Below, one piece after another: positions 34,922 to 42,566 of a stretch of DNA of 46,713 nucleotides. Position 1 is the stretch's first letter. The number at the start of each line of letters is the position of its first letter. Under the pieces are notes generated by a model, which saw only the letters and a list, made by a program, of their open reading frames with translations, made no database searches and had not been told where the DNA came from. The position numbers and the translations under genes are program-made. The stretch is from a phage, in sequence record PZ379183.1; one strand, written 5' to 3'.

Positions 34922-36916
34922 ATGCTTCCAGTAGAGCGCTTAGTAGCCAACTTCGATCAAGAGAAGATTAAGCAGATTCAGAGAGATTACCAGTTTGGAG
35001 AAATCACTCCTTACCCATTCCAGTGTGTGACATTTGATGCAATTGGGAAGGCTATTGGAAAGTACGAGGCCCCATTCATCGCAGACCTGTCTGTATCTGC
35101 TGGTAAGACAATTATTCTTGCCATGATTGGAAAGCGCATGGAACAGCTTGGGCTTCCTTACATGGTGCTTTCTCGCCAGTCAGAAATTATCAGCCAGAAC
35201 GCTGAAGAGCTTCGTAACTTCGGCATCCGTAATAGCGTCTATTGCGCTGGCCTTAACGTTAAATCAGTTTACTACCCAACCATAGTGGCTAGTGAGGGCA
35301 CGGCTGCTAACGGCTTGTTTAAGGGCCTTGGTGACTATGTTCCTGCCGTTATTGCGATAGATGAATGTCATATGGTTGACCATATGGATATCGTAGAAGC
35401 TGAAGAGAACGAGGAAACATTCGAGCAGATGAGCACGAAGAAGGGTGAGATGGTTTTCAAGGATGGAGTGAATACCGGATTGCTCGGAACTGGTCGTGCG
35501 CAGTACACGCTAATCATTACTGAGATGAAGAGACGCTGCAAAGAGAAGTATGGTCGCGAACTACGCATCTTCGGTTTGACTGGCAGCCCGTACCGTAACA
35601 ACGACCACATTGTAGTTAGTAACCCAAATGTCCGTGGATTCTGGCGCAAAACTGTAATGCAAGTGCCAACCAGCTACCTTGTTGACTTGGGGTTCGTTGT
35701 TCCTACTGTCTACGGTGAAGTTGGTGATTTGGGCTACGACCTTAGTGAGTTCACTCCTGATGGAAGTGATGGGGTTAAGGACTTCAGCAAGAAAGAAATG
35801 GATGCGATGGCTGCAAAGATTCACGAAAACCAAACGATGACACAAAAGATAATGGGATTTGCTGCTAAGTTTATGGAAACAAGGAATGCTGCATTGGTAA
35901 CTTGCGCTGGCAAACAGCATTGCGAGGAGGCGGCAGCCGCACTTCCAGAAGGTGTTACTTGGGCGATAGTTACCAACTCCACTGGTGAGAAGAAGCGTAG
36001 AGAGATACTTGAGAAGGCAGCCAACGGAGAATATAAGTTCATATTTCAGATTGGTTGCCTCACAACTGGCGTAAACTGCCCCCCGTGGGATACAAGCATT
36101 ATCCTGAGGAAGGTTGGTAGCATTACTCTACTCATTCAGTTGCTTGGTCGTGGTATGCGTATCCTTAAGAAGAAGCACAAAGAAGCTGGAATGGTAAAAG
36201 ATGACCATGTTGTTCTTGATTTTGCTGGAACGCTTGATGATATGGCTGAACTTTACTTCGACCCAATTATAGAAGAGGTACAAGACCAGAAATTTAGGTC
36301 AGCAAGAAAGCGTGGTGATAAGCCAAGAATCTGTCCGGCATGCTCTTATGTGAACTCTCAATTAGCCAGGCGCTGCAATAACGTAATTGACTGGAAGCGC
36401 TGTGAGCACTTCTTTCAGTTTAGACTGTGTGAAGATATAGCGGACCCACAGACCAAAGCTATCATTAAGAAAGGATGCGGTGAGAAGAATGATATTGCAG
36501 CTAAGAATTGCAGATGCTGTGGTGAGATGCTCATAGACCCGAATGCTAAGTTATCAGGAAAAATGTATCGTAAGGGGGACTGGTTGCGAGTTTATGACTT
36601 CAAGATTGGGTTAACAAAGAACCAGTCAGGGATCGTTGCTTCATATGAGGTAATGGCTCATAGTGGAGATAAGTTCCGAGCTTATGAAACATTCTTCCCG
36701 GAGTCAGACCATCGTGTTTGTTCTGTCAAATGGAAGGCGTTTTGCTCAACTCACATCGAGAACAGGACTGAGGCTTTTAGGATTGGCAGATTGCGTAATG
36801 CTAAAATGATTATGACAAATGCACATCTTTTCCGTGCGCCGCTAAGGATTACGCACCGCAAGAATCAGAAGTCGCAAGATATTATCGCCAACAAATCATT
36901 TACGATGGAGGATTGA
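34922..36916 (+). CDS. ATP-dependent DNA helicase (superfamily 2, DEAD/DEAH-like)
   Basis: Walker A-like SAGKT, DECH box (AIDECHMVD), later helicase-type motifs and a C-terminal Cys-rich zinc-finger region. Confidence 0.75.
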   Translation: MLPVERLVANFDQEKIKQIQRDYQFGEITPYPFQCVTFDAIGKAIGKYEAPFIADLSVSAGKTIILAMIGKRMEQLGLPYMVLSRQSEIISQNAEELRNFGIRNSVYCAGLNVKSVYYPTIVASEGTAANGLFKGLGDYVPAVIAIDECHMVDHMDIVEAEENEETFEQMSTKKGEMVFKDGVNTGLLGTGRAQYTLIITEMKRRCKEKYGRELRIFGLTGSPYRNNDHIVVSNPNVRGFWRKTVMQVPTSYLVDLGFVVPTVYGEVGDLGYDLSEFTPDGSDGVKDFSKKEMDAMAAKIHENQTMTQKIMGFAAKFMETRNAALVTCAGKQHCEEAAAALPEGVTWAIVTNSTGEKKRREILEKAANGEYKFIFQIGCLTTGVNCPPWDTSIILRKVGSITLLIQLLGRGMRILKKKHKEAGMVKDDHVVLDFAGTLDDMAELYFDPIIEEVQDQKFRSARKRGDKPRICPACSYVNSQLARRCNNVIDWKRCEHFFQFRLCEDIADPQTKAIIKKGCGEKNDIAAKNCRCCGEMLIDPNAKLSGKMYRKGDWLRVYDFKIGLTKNQSGIVASYEVMAHSGDKFRAYETFFPESDHRVCSVKWKAFCSTHIENRTEAFRIGRLRNAKMIMTNAHLFRAPLRITHRKNQKSQDIIANKSFTMED

Positions 36917-36917
36917 T

Positions 36918-37337
36918 ATGAAAATCACAGACAAAGGTGATTACCTCGAGTTCTATGGCGGACCGGTGAAGTCATGCCCAAAGGAAGACGATGAACAAAT
37001 CTTCTGCTCTGATTGGGTGAAATACAACTATCCGCAGATTGTTTACTGGCACACGATTAACGAAAATAAAAAGAGCATTGGTCAAGCAAGAAAAGACCAA
37101 GCCAAGGGGCTTCTCAAAGGTGTGTCAGACTGCTTATTTCTGATACCTGAGTCATTGCGTGGCGGTTATCCATTTGGCGCCATAGAGTTAAAGAGGGCTG
37201 GTAAAACGCAAGCAAGCCCAGTTAGCAATGAGCAAAAGTCATTCCTAAAAAGCGTAAGGGAATCAGGCGGTTTCGCAGCGGTGGCTTATGGAAGAGAGGG
37301 TTTTCTTGCGGCATTCGCAGAGATGATAAGAAAATAG
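36918..37337 (+). CDS. VRR-NUC-type nuclease (putative)
   Basis: Small PD-(D/E)XK-like core with D...E-L-K (GAIELKRAG); translationally coupled to helicase (stop/start overlap). Confidence 0.5.
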   Translation: MKITDKGDYLEFYGGPVKSCPKEDDEQIFCSDWVKYNYPQIVYWHTINENKKSIGQARKDQAKGLLKGVSDCLFLIPESLRGGYPFGAIELKRAGKTQASPVSNEQKSFLKSVRESGGFAAVAYGREGFLAAFAEMIRK

Positions 37338-37350
37338 CACGAATTGCTAA
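37335..37350 (+). promoter_or_regulatory. TAGCAC-N5-GCTAA motif copy
   Basis: The TAG is the stop codon of 36918..37337; followed by TGTATTAT (extended -10-like) and CATCGAAACGAAACACA leader. Confidence 0.5.
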
Positions 37351-37415
37351 AGACGAATTGGTGAGTTGGTGTATTATCAACTCATCGAAACGAAACACAC
37401 AAAGAGAGAAAGAAA

Positions 37416-37610
37416 ATGGCTACTATCTATACTGGTAAATTCTACGAATCACGCAAGACTGGCTACATCTACGAGATGCAAGTAACTGAAGATGGTTATG
37501 TTTTGGTTGACATTGAAGACTGCACATATGCATTCGAAGTTAGCCCAACTTACAGATATGATCTGGAAACTGTTAAAAACGAATTCGGCGAAAAATTTGA
37601 TGAGGTATAA
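37416..37610 (+). CDS. hypothetical protein (64 aa)
   Basis: GAGAGAAAGAAAATG start after conserved leader. Confidence 0.45.
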   Translation: MATIYTGKFYESRKTGYIYEMQVTEDGYVLVDIEDCTYAFEVSPTYRYDLETVKNEFGEKFDEV

Positions 37611-37615
37611 GAGTA

Positions 37616-37837
37616 ATGGCAATTTTAACATTTGACAAACAATGGGAACTATTTCAGGCAATGGGGGTTCAGGAGCTACACAATGCTGGTTATAAAGGTG
37701 ACTCATGGTTTTTAGCAGGATGCCTTGATTACAGCTTTGAAGAAGATTACTTGCGAACGGACATCGAAACATGGCGCGAACGCATGGTTGCAGACATTGC
37801 GGAAATGAAAAAAGATTGCCCGGAGGATTTTGAATAA
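37616..37837 (+). CDS. hypothetical protein (73 aa)
   Basis: ORF with AAGAGTAATG start. Confidence 0.45.
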   Translation: MAILTFDKQWELFQAMGVQELHNAGYKGDSWFLAGCLDYSFEEDYLRTDIETWRERMVADIAEMKKDCPEDFE

Positions 37838-37958
37838 TGAAAATCGTAGATAAGGAGATGTTTAGGATTGCCCAACATTTTACTGAGTTTGCAGTTGAGT
37901 TTCAATCAGAAGAGCATTGGATGTGTGCGCGTGAATACCTGAAATTGGCATACGGCTT

Positions 37959-38201
37959 ATGATAGTTGAAACAGGACGGGCCGCAGTCTGGGCCCACTGC
38001 GCAGAGGCTGGCATTCAGGACGACATTAAGATGATATCTAAGTACTTCGATATAAAAGATATCAGTGTCATCTTCAACGGTAAGTTTACGTACATGGATG
38101 AAAGGCCGCGCAAGTATGTCAGTGTTAAACCTGGCGTCACGATAAACACGAATGAGTTCCTGAAAGAACAGGGATTCAAATTTAAGATAACGAAGGTTTA
38201 G
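37959..38201 (+). CDS. hypothetical protein (80 aa)
   Basis: ORF in operon context. Confidence 0.4.
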   Translation: MIVETGRAAVWAHCAEAGIQDDIKMISKYFDIKDISVIFNGKFTYMDERPRKYVSVKPGVTINTNEFLKEQGFKFKITKV

Positions 38202-38203
38202 TT

Positions 38204-38455
38204 ATGTTGGGATTAGATTTTCAGCCTGGGCATTATGACTTAGTACATGGTAGTAGTGGGAATAAGTTTAGAGCAATCCCTATTTCTGACTGGTTTCCTC
38301 CTGACTACGTAGATGTTAATGCGAAGACTAAAGATGGCAAGTGGGTACAGATTTATTATTCACCATCATGTGGAAACCTGTGCATGACTGACCTGGACAA
38401 GAAATTAGCAATTTGTGCTACTTTGTTGGACTTTTGGTTGAAAGAGGTTGAATGA
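38204..38455 (+). CDS. hypothetical protein (83 aa)
   Basis: ORF in operon context. Confidence 0.4.
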   Translation: MLGLDFQPGHYDLVHGSSGNKFRAIPISDWFPPDYVDVNAKTKDGKWVQIYYSPSCGNLCMTDLDKKLAICATLLDFWLKEVE

Positions 38456-38536
38456 AATATGTAGCCCTAGTAGCATTAGCACCACTGGTTAGCTTTACTA
38501 TCTTATATTTTATCGTGATGAACTAAGGACTTAAAA

Positions 38537-39670
38537 ATGGCAGCAGCAAAAATTACCACCGAGCAGTTGATCGAAGAACTGAAAAACGGCCTGACTAACA
38601 AGGCGATTGCAGAGAAGTACGGAATGAACATTCGAAACGTTGAGCTTCGTCGTAGCAAGTTGGCTAAGAGTGGGGTTGGGCATGGTAATGAAGGCATCAA
38701 GAAGCTAGTTCCTGATGGCTATCTTGTTAAAGGCACTTCAACAATGATTGATGCGGATGGTAATGAGAAGCTTCGCTGGGTTAAAACTTCCATCGACGAA
38801 CAGAAACAAGAAGAGATGCTTCAGCAGATTGTTCAGGCGCTTACAGATGAGCTCCCTCGAGAGACTCCGAAACCACTCAGTGAATCAAGCTATGAGGACA
38901 CCTTGAGCCTCTACCCCGTGTTTGATATGCATATTGGCGCAATGGCTCACCATGCAGAGTGTGGGGAGAACTACAGTACAGAAATTGCAGAGCGAGTGCT
39001 TAACCAATACTTTGATTATGCAGTTGCTAAGGCCCCGAATTCATCAAAAGCCGTATTACTGATTGGTGGAGACTTCCTTCACTCGGATGGAATGGAAGCT
39101 GTAACTCCAACCAGCAAGCACGTACTTGATCAAGATAGCCGTTATCATAAACTTGTCTACGTAGCTGTTCGTGCAACTCGCCGCGCCGTCAGTAAGATGC
39201 TTGACAAGCATAAAGAGGTTGAGGTTCAGATTATACCAGGCAACCACGACCTTTCTGGGATGATTTGGCTTCGAGCTGCAATGGCTGCCTTCTACATGGA
39301 TGAGCCTCGTGTAAATGTTGATGCCTCACCAGCCGCTCTTCACGTGACGGAGTTTGGTAAAACATTGTTGGGTTACTGCCATGGTCATGAATTGCGAAAG
39401 CCTGACACTCGTCTTTCAACTCTTGCGCGCGACCATCGCAAAGCATTTGGTAATGCTGAATACGTTTATACACATAGTGGCCATTATCATCATCAGACGG
39501 TTACTGAGGGTAATCTTGGAATTGATGAGTCACACGGTCAGTTGGGTGCTAAAGATGCGTACAGCGCAAACGGAGGGTATCGCTCTTATCGTCAGGCCTC
39601 AGTAATTATCTATAGCTCAGAGTACGGTGAAGTTGGTCGATTCACTTGCCGACCTGAAATGTTTAAGTAA
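38537..39670 (+). CDS. calcineurin-like metallophosphoesterase with N-terminal HTH-like domain
   Basis: Ordered motifs D-M-H, GGDFLHSD, GNHD, C-H-G-H, T-H-S-G-H-Y-H-H matching the metallophosphatase signature; N-terminal ~110 aa contain a sigma-region-4-like HTH. Confidence 0.65.
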   Translation: MAAAKITTEQLIEELKNGLTNKAIAEKYGMNIRNVELRRSKLAKSGVGHGNEGIKKLVPDGYLVKGTSTMIDADGNEKLRWVKTSIDEQKQEEMLQQIVQALTDELPRETPKPLSESSYEDTLSLYPVFDMHIGAMAHHAECGENYSTEIAERVLNQYFDYAVAKAPNSSKAVLLIGGDFLHSDGMEAVTPTSKHVLDQDSRYHKLVYVAVRATRRAVSKMLDKHKEVEVQIIPGNHDLSGMIWLRAAMAAFYMDEPRVNVDASPAALHVTEFGKTLLGYCHGHELRKPDTRLSTLARDHRKAFGNAEYVYTHSGHYHHQTVTEGNLGIDESHGQLGAKDAYSANGGYRSYRQASVIIYSSEYGEVGRFTCRPEMFK

Positions 39671-39686
39671 TAGCATTTTTTGTTAA
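39671..39686 (+). promoter_or_regulatory. TAGCAC-N5-GCTAA motif copy (variant TAGCATTTTTTGTTAA) plus hairpin
   Basis: Directly after the phosphoesterase stop; followed by GCCTCAAAGGATTGAGGC hairpin. Confidence 0.4.
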
Positions 39687-39743
39687 TAAAGCCTCAAAGG
39701 ATTGAGGCAAAATGAATAAACGATAACGAGATGAGGAGTTGTA

Positions 39744-40217
39744 ATGATTTACGTGTTTGATATTGATGGAACTATTGCTAACAATGAACATAGAAGCCAC
39801 CTCTTACCATCTAGTGACCTTCACTTGACTTCAAGTTGGAGTGATTACAATAGAGCCTGTTCTGGAGATTCACCGATAATTCCAATGATAAACATGATGA
39901 ATGCGTTAGCTGAGTTATCGCCAGTTTACATCATGACTTCAAGAAGTGACGAAGTCGAATGTATGACGCTTGAATGGCTTCAGTATAATAATATTAATTA
40001 TGATGGAATATATATGAGGAGTAGATTGGATAACAGAAATGACTATATCATTAAAGAGATGTGGCTAAATGATTTGTGTAATGGTGACAAAGCAAGTGTG
40101 ATAATCTTTGAGGATAATCCTAATGTTATCAGTCACCTAAGGAATTGCGGATATACTGTAATGTCAGTTTGTGAATATAAAGAATTACCAAAAGACTGCG
40201 AATCTCACGGAGAATAA
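39744..40217 (+). CDS. HAD-family phosphatase (polynucleotide 3'-phosphatase / nucleotidase-like)
   Basis: N-terminal FDIDGTI motif (DxDGT, nucleophile Asp of HAD phosphatases); AT-rich coding sequence. Confidence 0.55.
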   Translation: MIYVFDIDGTIANNEHRSHLLPSSDLHLTSSWSDYNRACSGDSPIIPMINMMNALAELSPVYIMTSRSDEVECMTLEWLQYNNINYDGIYMRSRLDNRNDYIIKEMWLNDLCNGDKASVIIFEDNPNVISHLRNCGYTVMSVCEYKELPKDCESHGE

Positions 40218-40218
40218 A

Positions 40219-40773
40219 ATGAAAAAGTTAATCATCCTTAATGCACCCCCTGGTGCTGGAAAAGATACAGTTGCAGATATCATTGTTAATCTTGGAATTT
40301 GCAAGGATAAGGTTTCATTCAAGTCACCAATGTTTAATGTTGCAAAAGGAATACTATCAAGCGATGAGTTTGATGAATTTATTAAGAATTACGATGACCG
40401 AGAGTACAAAGAATCACCACATGAATTTCTTGGTGGAATGACGGTTCGTGAATTTATGATTTGGATTAGTGAGTCAGTTATGAAGCCAGTCTTTGGTGAT
40501 GATGTTTTCGGTAAAAGGCTAGCGCAATCACTTGGTGATGGTTGCTATATCTGTGCTGATGGTGGCTTCGCTAGCGAGATTAATACTCTCATTGATTCAG
40601 GGGTTGAAGTTACTTTGATTAGACTTTTTAGGCCTGGCTATACTTTTGATGGAGATAGCCGCTCCTACATTCGCGGTGTCTGCGCAAGAGAAATTGACGT
40701 TCATGTTGTAGATGGTGATATTGATGGAACCTCTGCTTTGGTAATGCACGTAATAAATAGCACGAATTGCTAA
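40219..40773 (+). CDS. P-loop kinase (polynucleotide kinase or dNMP kinase-like)
   Basis: Walker A LNAPPGAGKDT at N-terminus; ATG 2 nt after the HAD stop with GGAG RBS; ends in -INSTNC encoded by motif. Confidence 0.55.
   Translation: MKKLIILNAPPGAGKDTVADIIVNLGICKDKVSFKSPMFNVAKGILSSDEFDEFIKNYDDREYKESPHEFLGGMTVREFMIWISESVMKPVFGDDVFGKRLAQSLGDGCYICADGGFASEINTLIDSGVEVTLIRLFRPGYTFDGDSRSYIRGVCAREIDVHVVDGDIDGTSALVMHVINSTNC
40758..40773 (+). promoter_or_regulatory. TAGCAC-N5-GCTAA motif copy plus ~60-bp conserved leader
   Basis: Exact consensus; following 60 nt nearly identical to 1864-1925, including CCGGAGTAATCCGG hairpin and CATAAT. Confidence 0.5.
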
Positions 40774-40831
40774 ACAATCGCCGGAGTAATCCGGCATAAT
40801 TACTACATCGAAAACAACAGAGGATTCAAAA

Positions 40832-41005
40832 ATGACTAAATTATACTGCGTTAAAAACAACTCAAAGACACTGCCGTTCACCGAAAACCAGCCGTACAGC
40901 GCAGAGTCTCTAGGTGACGGTTACTACAAAGTTTACGGTGACGATATGACTCACATCCTTGCGCCGATTGATGGCTCTTTGGTGGAATTTATTATCGCAG
41001 ATTAA
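40832..41005 (+). CDS. hypothetical small protein (57 aa)
   Basis: ATG after AGAGGATTCAAAA leader; frame read manually; followed by terminator. Confidence 0.35.
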   Translation: MTKLYCVKNNSKTLPFTENQPYSAESLGDGYYKVYGDDMTHILAPIDGSLVEFIIAD

Positions 41006-41031
41006 CACATCAAAAACATAGATTTGCATGC

Positions 41032-41058
41032 GGGGGGCCTTTTGGCTCCCCTTTTTTT
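41032..41058 (+). terminator. rho-independent terminator
   Basis: GGGGGCC-TTTT-GGCTCCC hairpin followed by T7. Confidence 0.75.
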
Positions 41059-41110
41059 GCTTATAATTTGCCACCGCCTAATGTATGATATTTGCACTAT
41101 GTATTGACAA
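41059..41110 (+). promoter_or_regulatory. candidate promoter region of lysis cassette
   Basis: TATAAT at 41062-41067 and TTGACA at 41104-41109 are both present, but no pair with canonical spacing was found. Confidence 0.25.
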
Positions 41111-41132
41111 ATTAGGATTTAAAGGTGATCAC

Positions 41133-41348
41133 ATGAGGGAAGTAATTAACGCCGCCACGGCATCAACCGGCGGAGCCGCTGTAACTGGTGCCGCAACTGG
41201 TCAAATGACTATAGCAATAATCAGCCTTGTGGCTCTTGTTGTTTTCGGGCTGTGGGGAGCATATTGGAAGTTTAAGGACAGTCAGGCAATCAGGAAGGCT
41301 CTAGAGTCGGGTGATTTAAAGACAGCTATCAATATTAGGAGTAAGTAA
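41133..41348 (+). CDS. holin (pinholin-like, putative)
   Basis: Internal ATG of ORF 41085..41348 with AAAGGTGA RBS; Gly/Ala-rich weakly hydrophobic N-terminal segment plus one strong TM segment and charged C-terminus; immediately upstream of endolysin. Confidence 0.55.
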   Translation: MREVINAATASTGGAAVTGAATGQMTIAIISLVALVVFGLWGAYWKFKDSQAIRKALESGDLKTAINIRSK

Positions 41349-41833
41349 TGAAGCAGAAGCTGGTAATTAGTGCAGCGACGGCTGTGGCAATATACATCGC
41401 AGCGCCGATTATTGAGCTAGTAGAAGGTGTGGAATACAAGCCTTACATGGACATTGCAGGCATTCCTACGGTTTGTTCAGGTATCACTGGTCCTGATGTG
41501 GTGTGGGGTAAAAAGTACAGTGCAAGGGAGTGCAGGAACTTACTGGAGAAACACATCCAGATTCATGGAAAGTATGTGCAGGATGCAGTAACTTACCCAA
41601 TCTCTCCACAGACAAGGGCGGCGTTAATCAGCTTTAGCTACAACGTTGGTGGCGCTGCAATGAGGAAGTCAACGGCAGTAAGGCTGATTAATCAGGGCAA
41701 GATTGAAGAGGGTTGTAATGCTCTCGCCTCCTGGAATAAAGCTCGAGTAAATGGCAAGCTAAAAGTTGTTAAAGGCCTCGTCAACAGGCGCAACGAGGAG
41801 ATTAAATTATGCTTAAGTGGGGTGGGTAAATGA
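41348..41833 (+). CDS. endolysin, GH24 lysozyme with SAR-type N-terminal signal-anchor
   Basis: N-terminal Ala/Ile-rich segment (LVISAATAVAIYIAAPI) followed by the catalytic Glu context IIELVEGVEYKPYMD...G-I-P-T, resembling SAR lysozymes such as P1 Lyz. Confidence 0.75.
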   Translation: MKQKLVISAATAVAIYIAAPIIELVEGVEYKPYMDIAGIPTVCSGITGPDVVWGKKYSARECRNLLEKHIQIHGKYVQDAVTYPISPQTRAALISFSYNVGGAAMRKSTAVRLINQGKIEEGCNALASWNKARVNGKLKVVKGLVNRRNEEIKLCLSGVGK

Positions 41834-42216
41834 AGGCTGCGTTAATTGCTGCGGTAATTATACTTTCTGGTTGCTCGGCAACATCTGCGCTGACCGGGTT
41901 GATTGGTAGTAGGCCAGAGATTAGCGCTCAAGCAGGTGCGGAGAATAACAAGGTTGGAGTGGGGATAACTAATAAGGTTGATTCAAGTTCCAGCGCAAAG
42001 GCTGAAGTGAAGAACTCTAAGGTTGACACTCTTGATAGTTCAAGCGGTAAAAAGACTTCTGATAACTCAATCAAGGCATCAACAATCACGGCTGAGAAGA
42101 TTGAAATCACCAACAATGATTCGTCTGCAATCCCGTGGATTGGGAGTGGAATCATGTTTTGCGTCATCATCATTCTGCTCTTAATGATATTCAGGAAAAA
42201 CAAAAAAGCCCCGTAA
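41830..42216 (+). CDS. unimolecular spanin (u-spanin, T1 gp11-like)
   Basis: N-terminal lipoprotein signal with lipobox LSGC and a C-terminal transmembrane segment (IPWIGSGIMFCVIIILLLMIF); immediately after endolysin. Confidence 0.65.
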   Translation: MKAALIAAVIILSGCSATSALTGLIGSRPEISAQAGAENNKVGVGITNKVDSSSSAKAEVKNSKVDTLDSSSGKKTSDNSIKASTITAEKIEITNNDSSAIPWIGSGIMFCVIIILLLMIFRKNKKAP

Positions 42217-42229
42217 TGGGGCTATTTTT
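42202..42229. terminator. bidirectional rho-independent terminator
   Basis: AGCCCC-GTAAT-GGGGCT hairpin flanked by A6 and T5 tracts between convergent operons. Confidence 0.75.
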
Positions 42230-42563
42230 ATGCAAACAATTCGTCATCACTCATGTTGGCTATGTTCATCATCTCACTGACGTAATCACTGGACCTACCT
42301 TCAAGGCTCATGAATTCAAACTGAAATGGTCGCTTAATTGAACCCTTACACCAGTACACTCCATTAACTCCATCAAGATACCCAGCCGTAAGCATTCTCG
42401 CCATAAACTCCTTCGAGCAACTTGAGGCAAAATACCTTTCATCAACCCCGGCAGCCTTGGCCATCCTTGCGCAATCCTTGTGCTTATAGATGAATCTTGC
42501 CAGGTGCTGGCGGTTGAAGTTCTTGTATCCTTCGCAGAAATTATACAGGTCGAGCAGGTACAT
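42228..42563 (-). CDS. hypothetical protein (111 aa)
   Basis: Last gene of the minus-strand right-end operon. Confidence 0.45.
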   Translation of the reverse strand: MYLLDLYNFCEGYKNFNRQHLARFIYKHKDCARMAKAAGVDERYFASSCSKEFMARMLTAGYLDGVNGVYWCKGSIKRPFQFEFMSLEGRSSDYVSEMMNIANMSDDELFA

Positions 42564-42566
42564 AAA

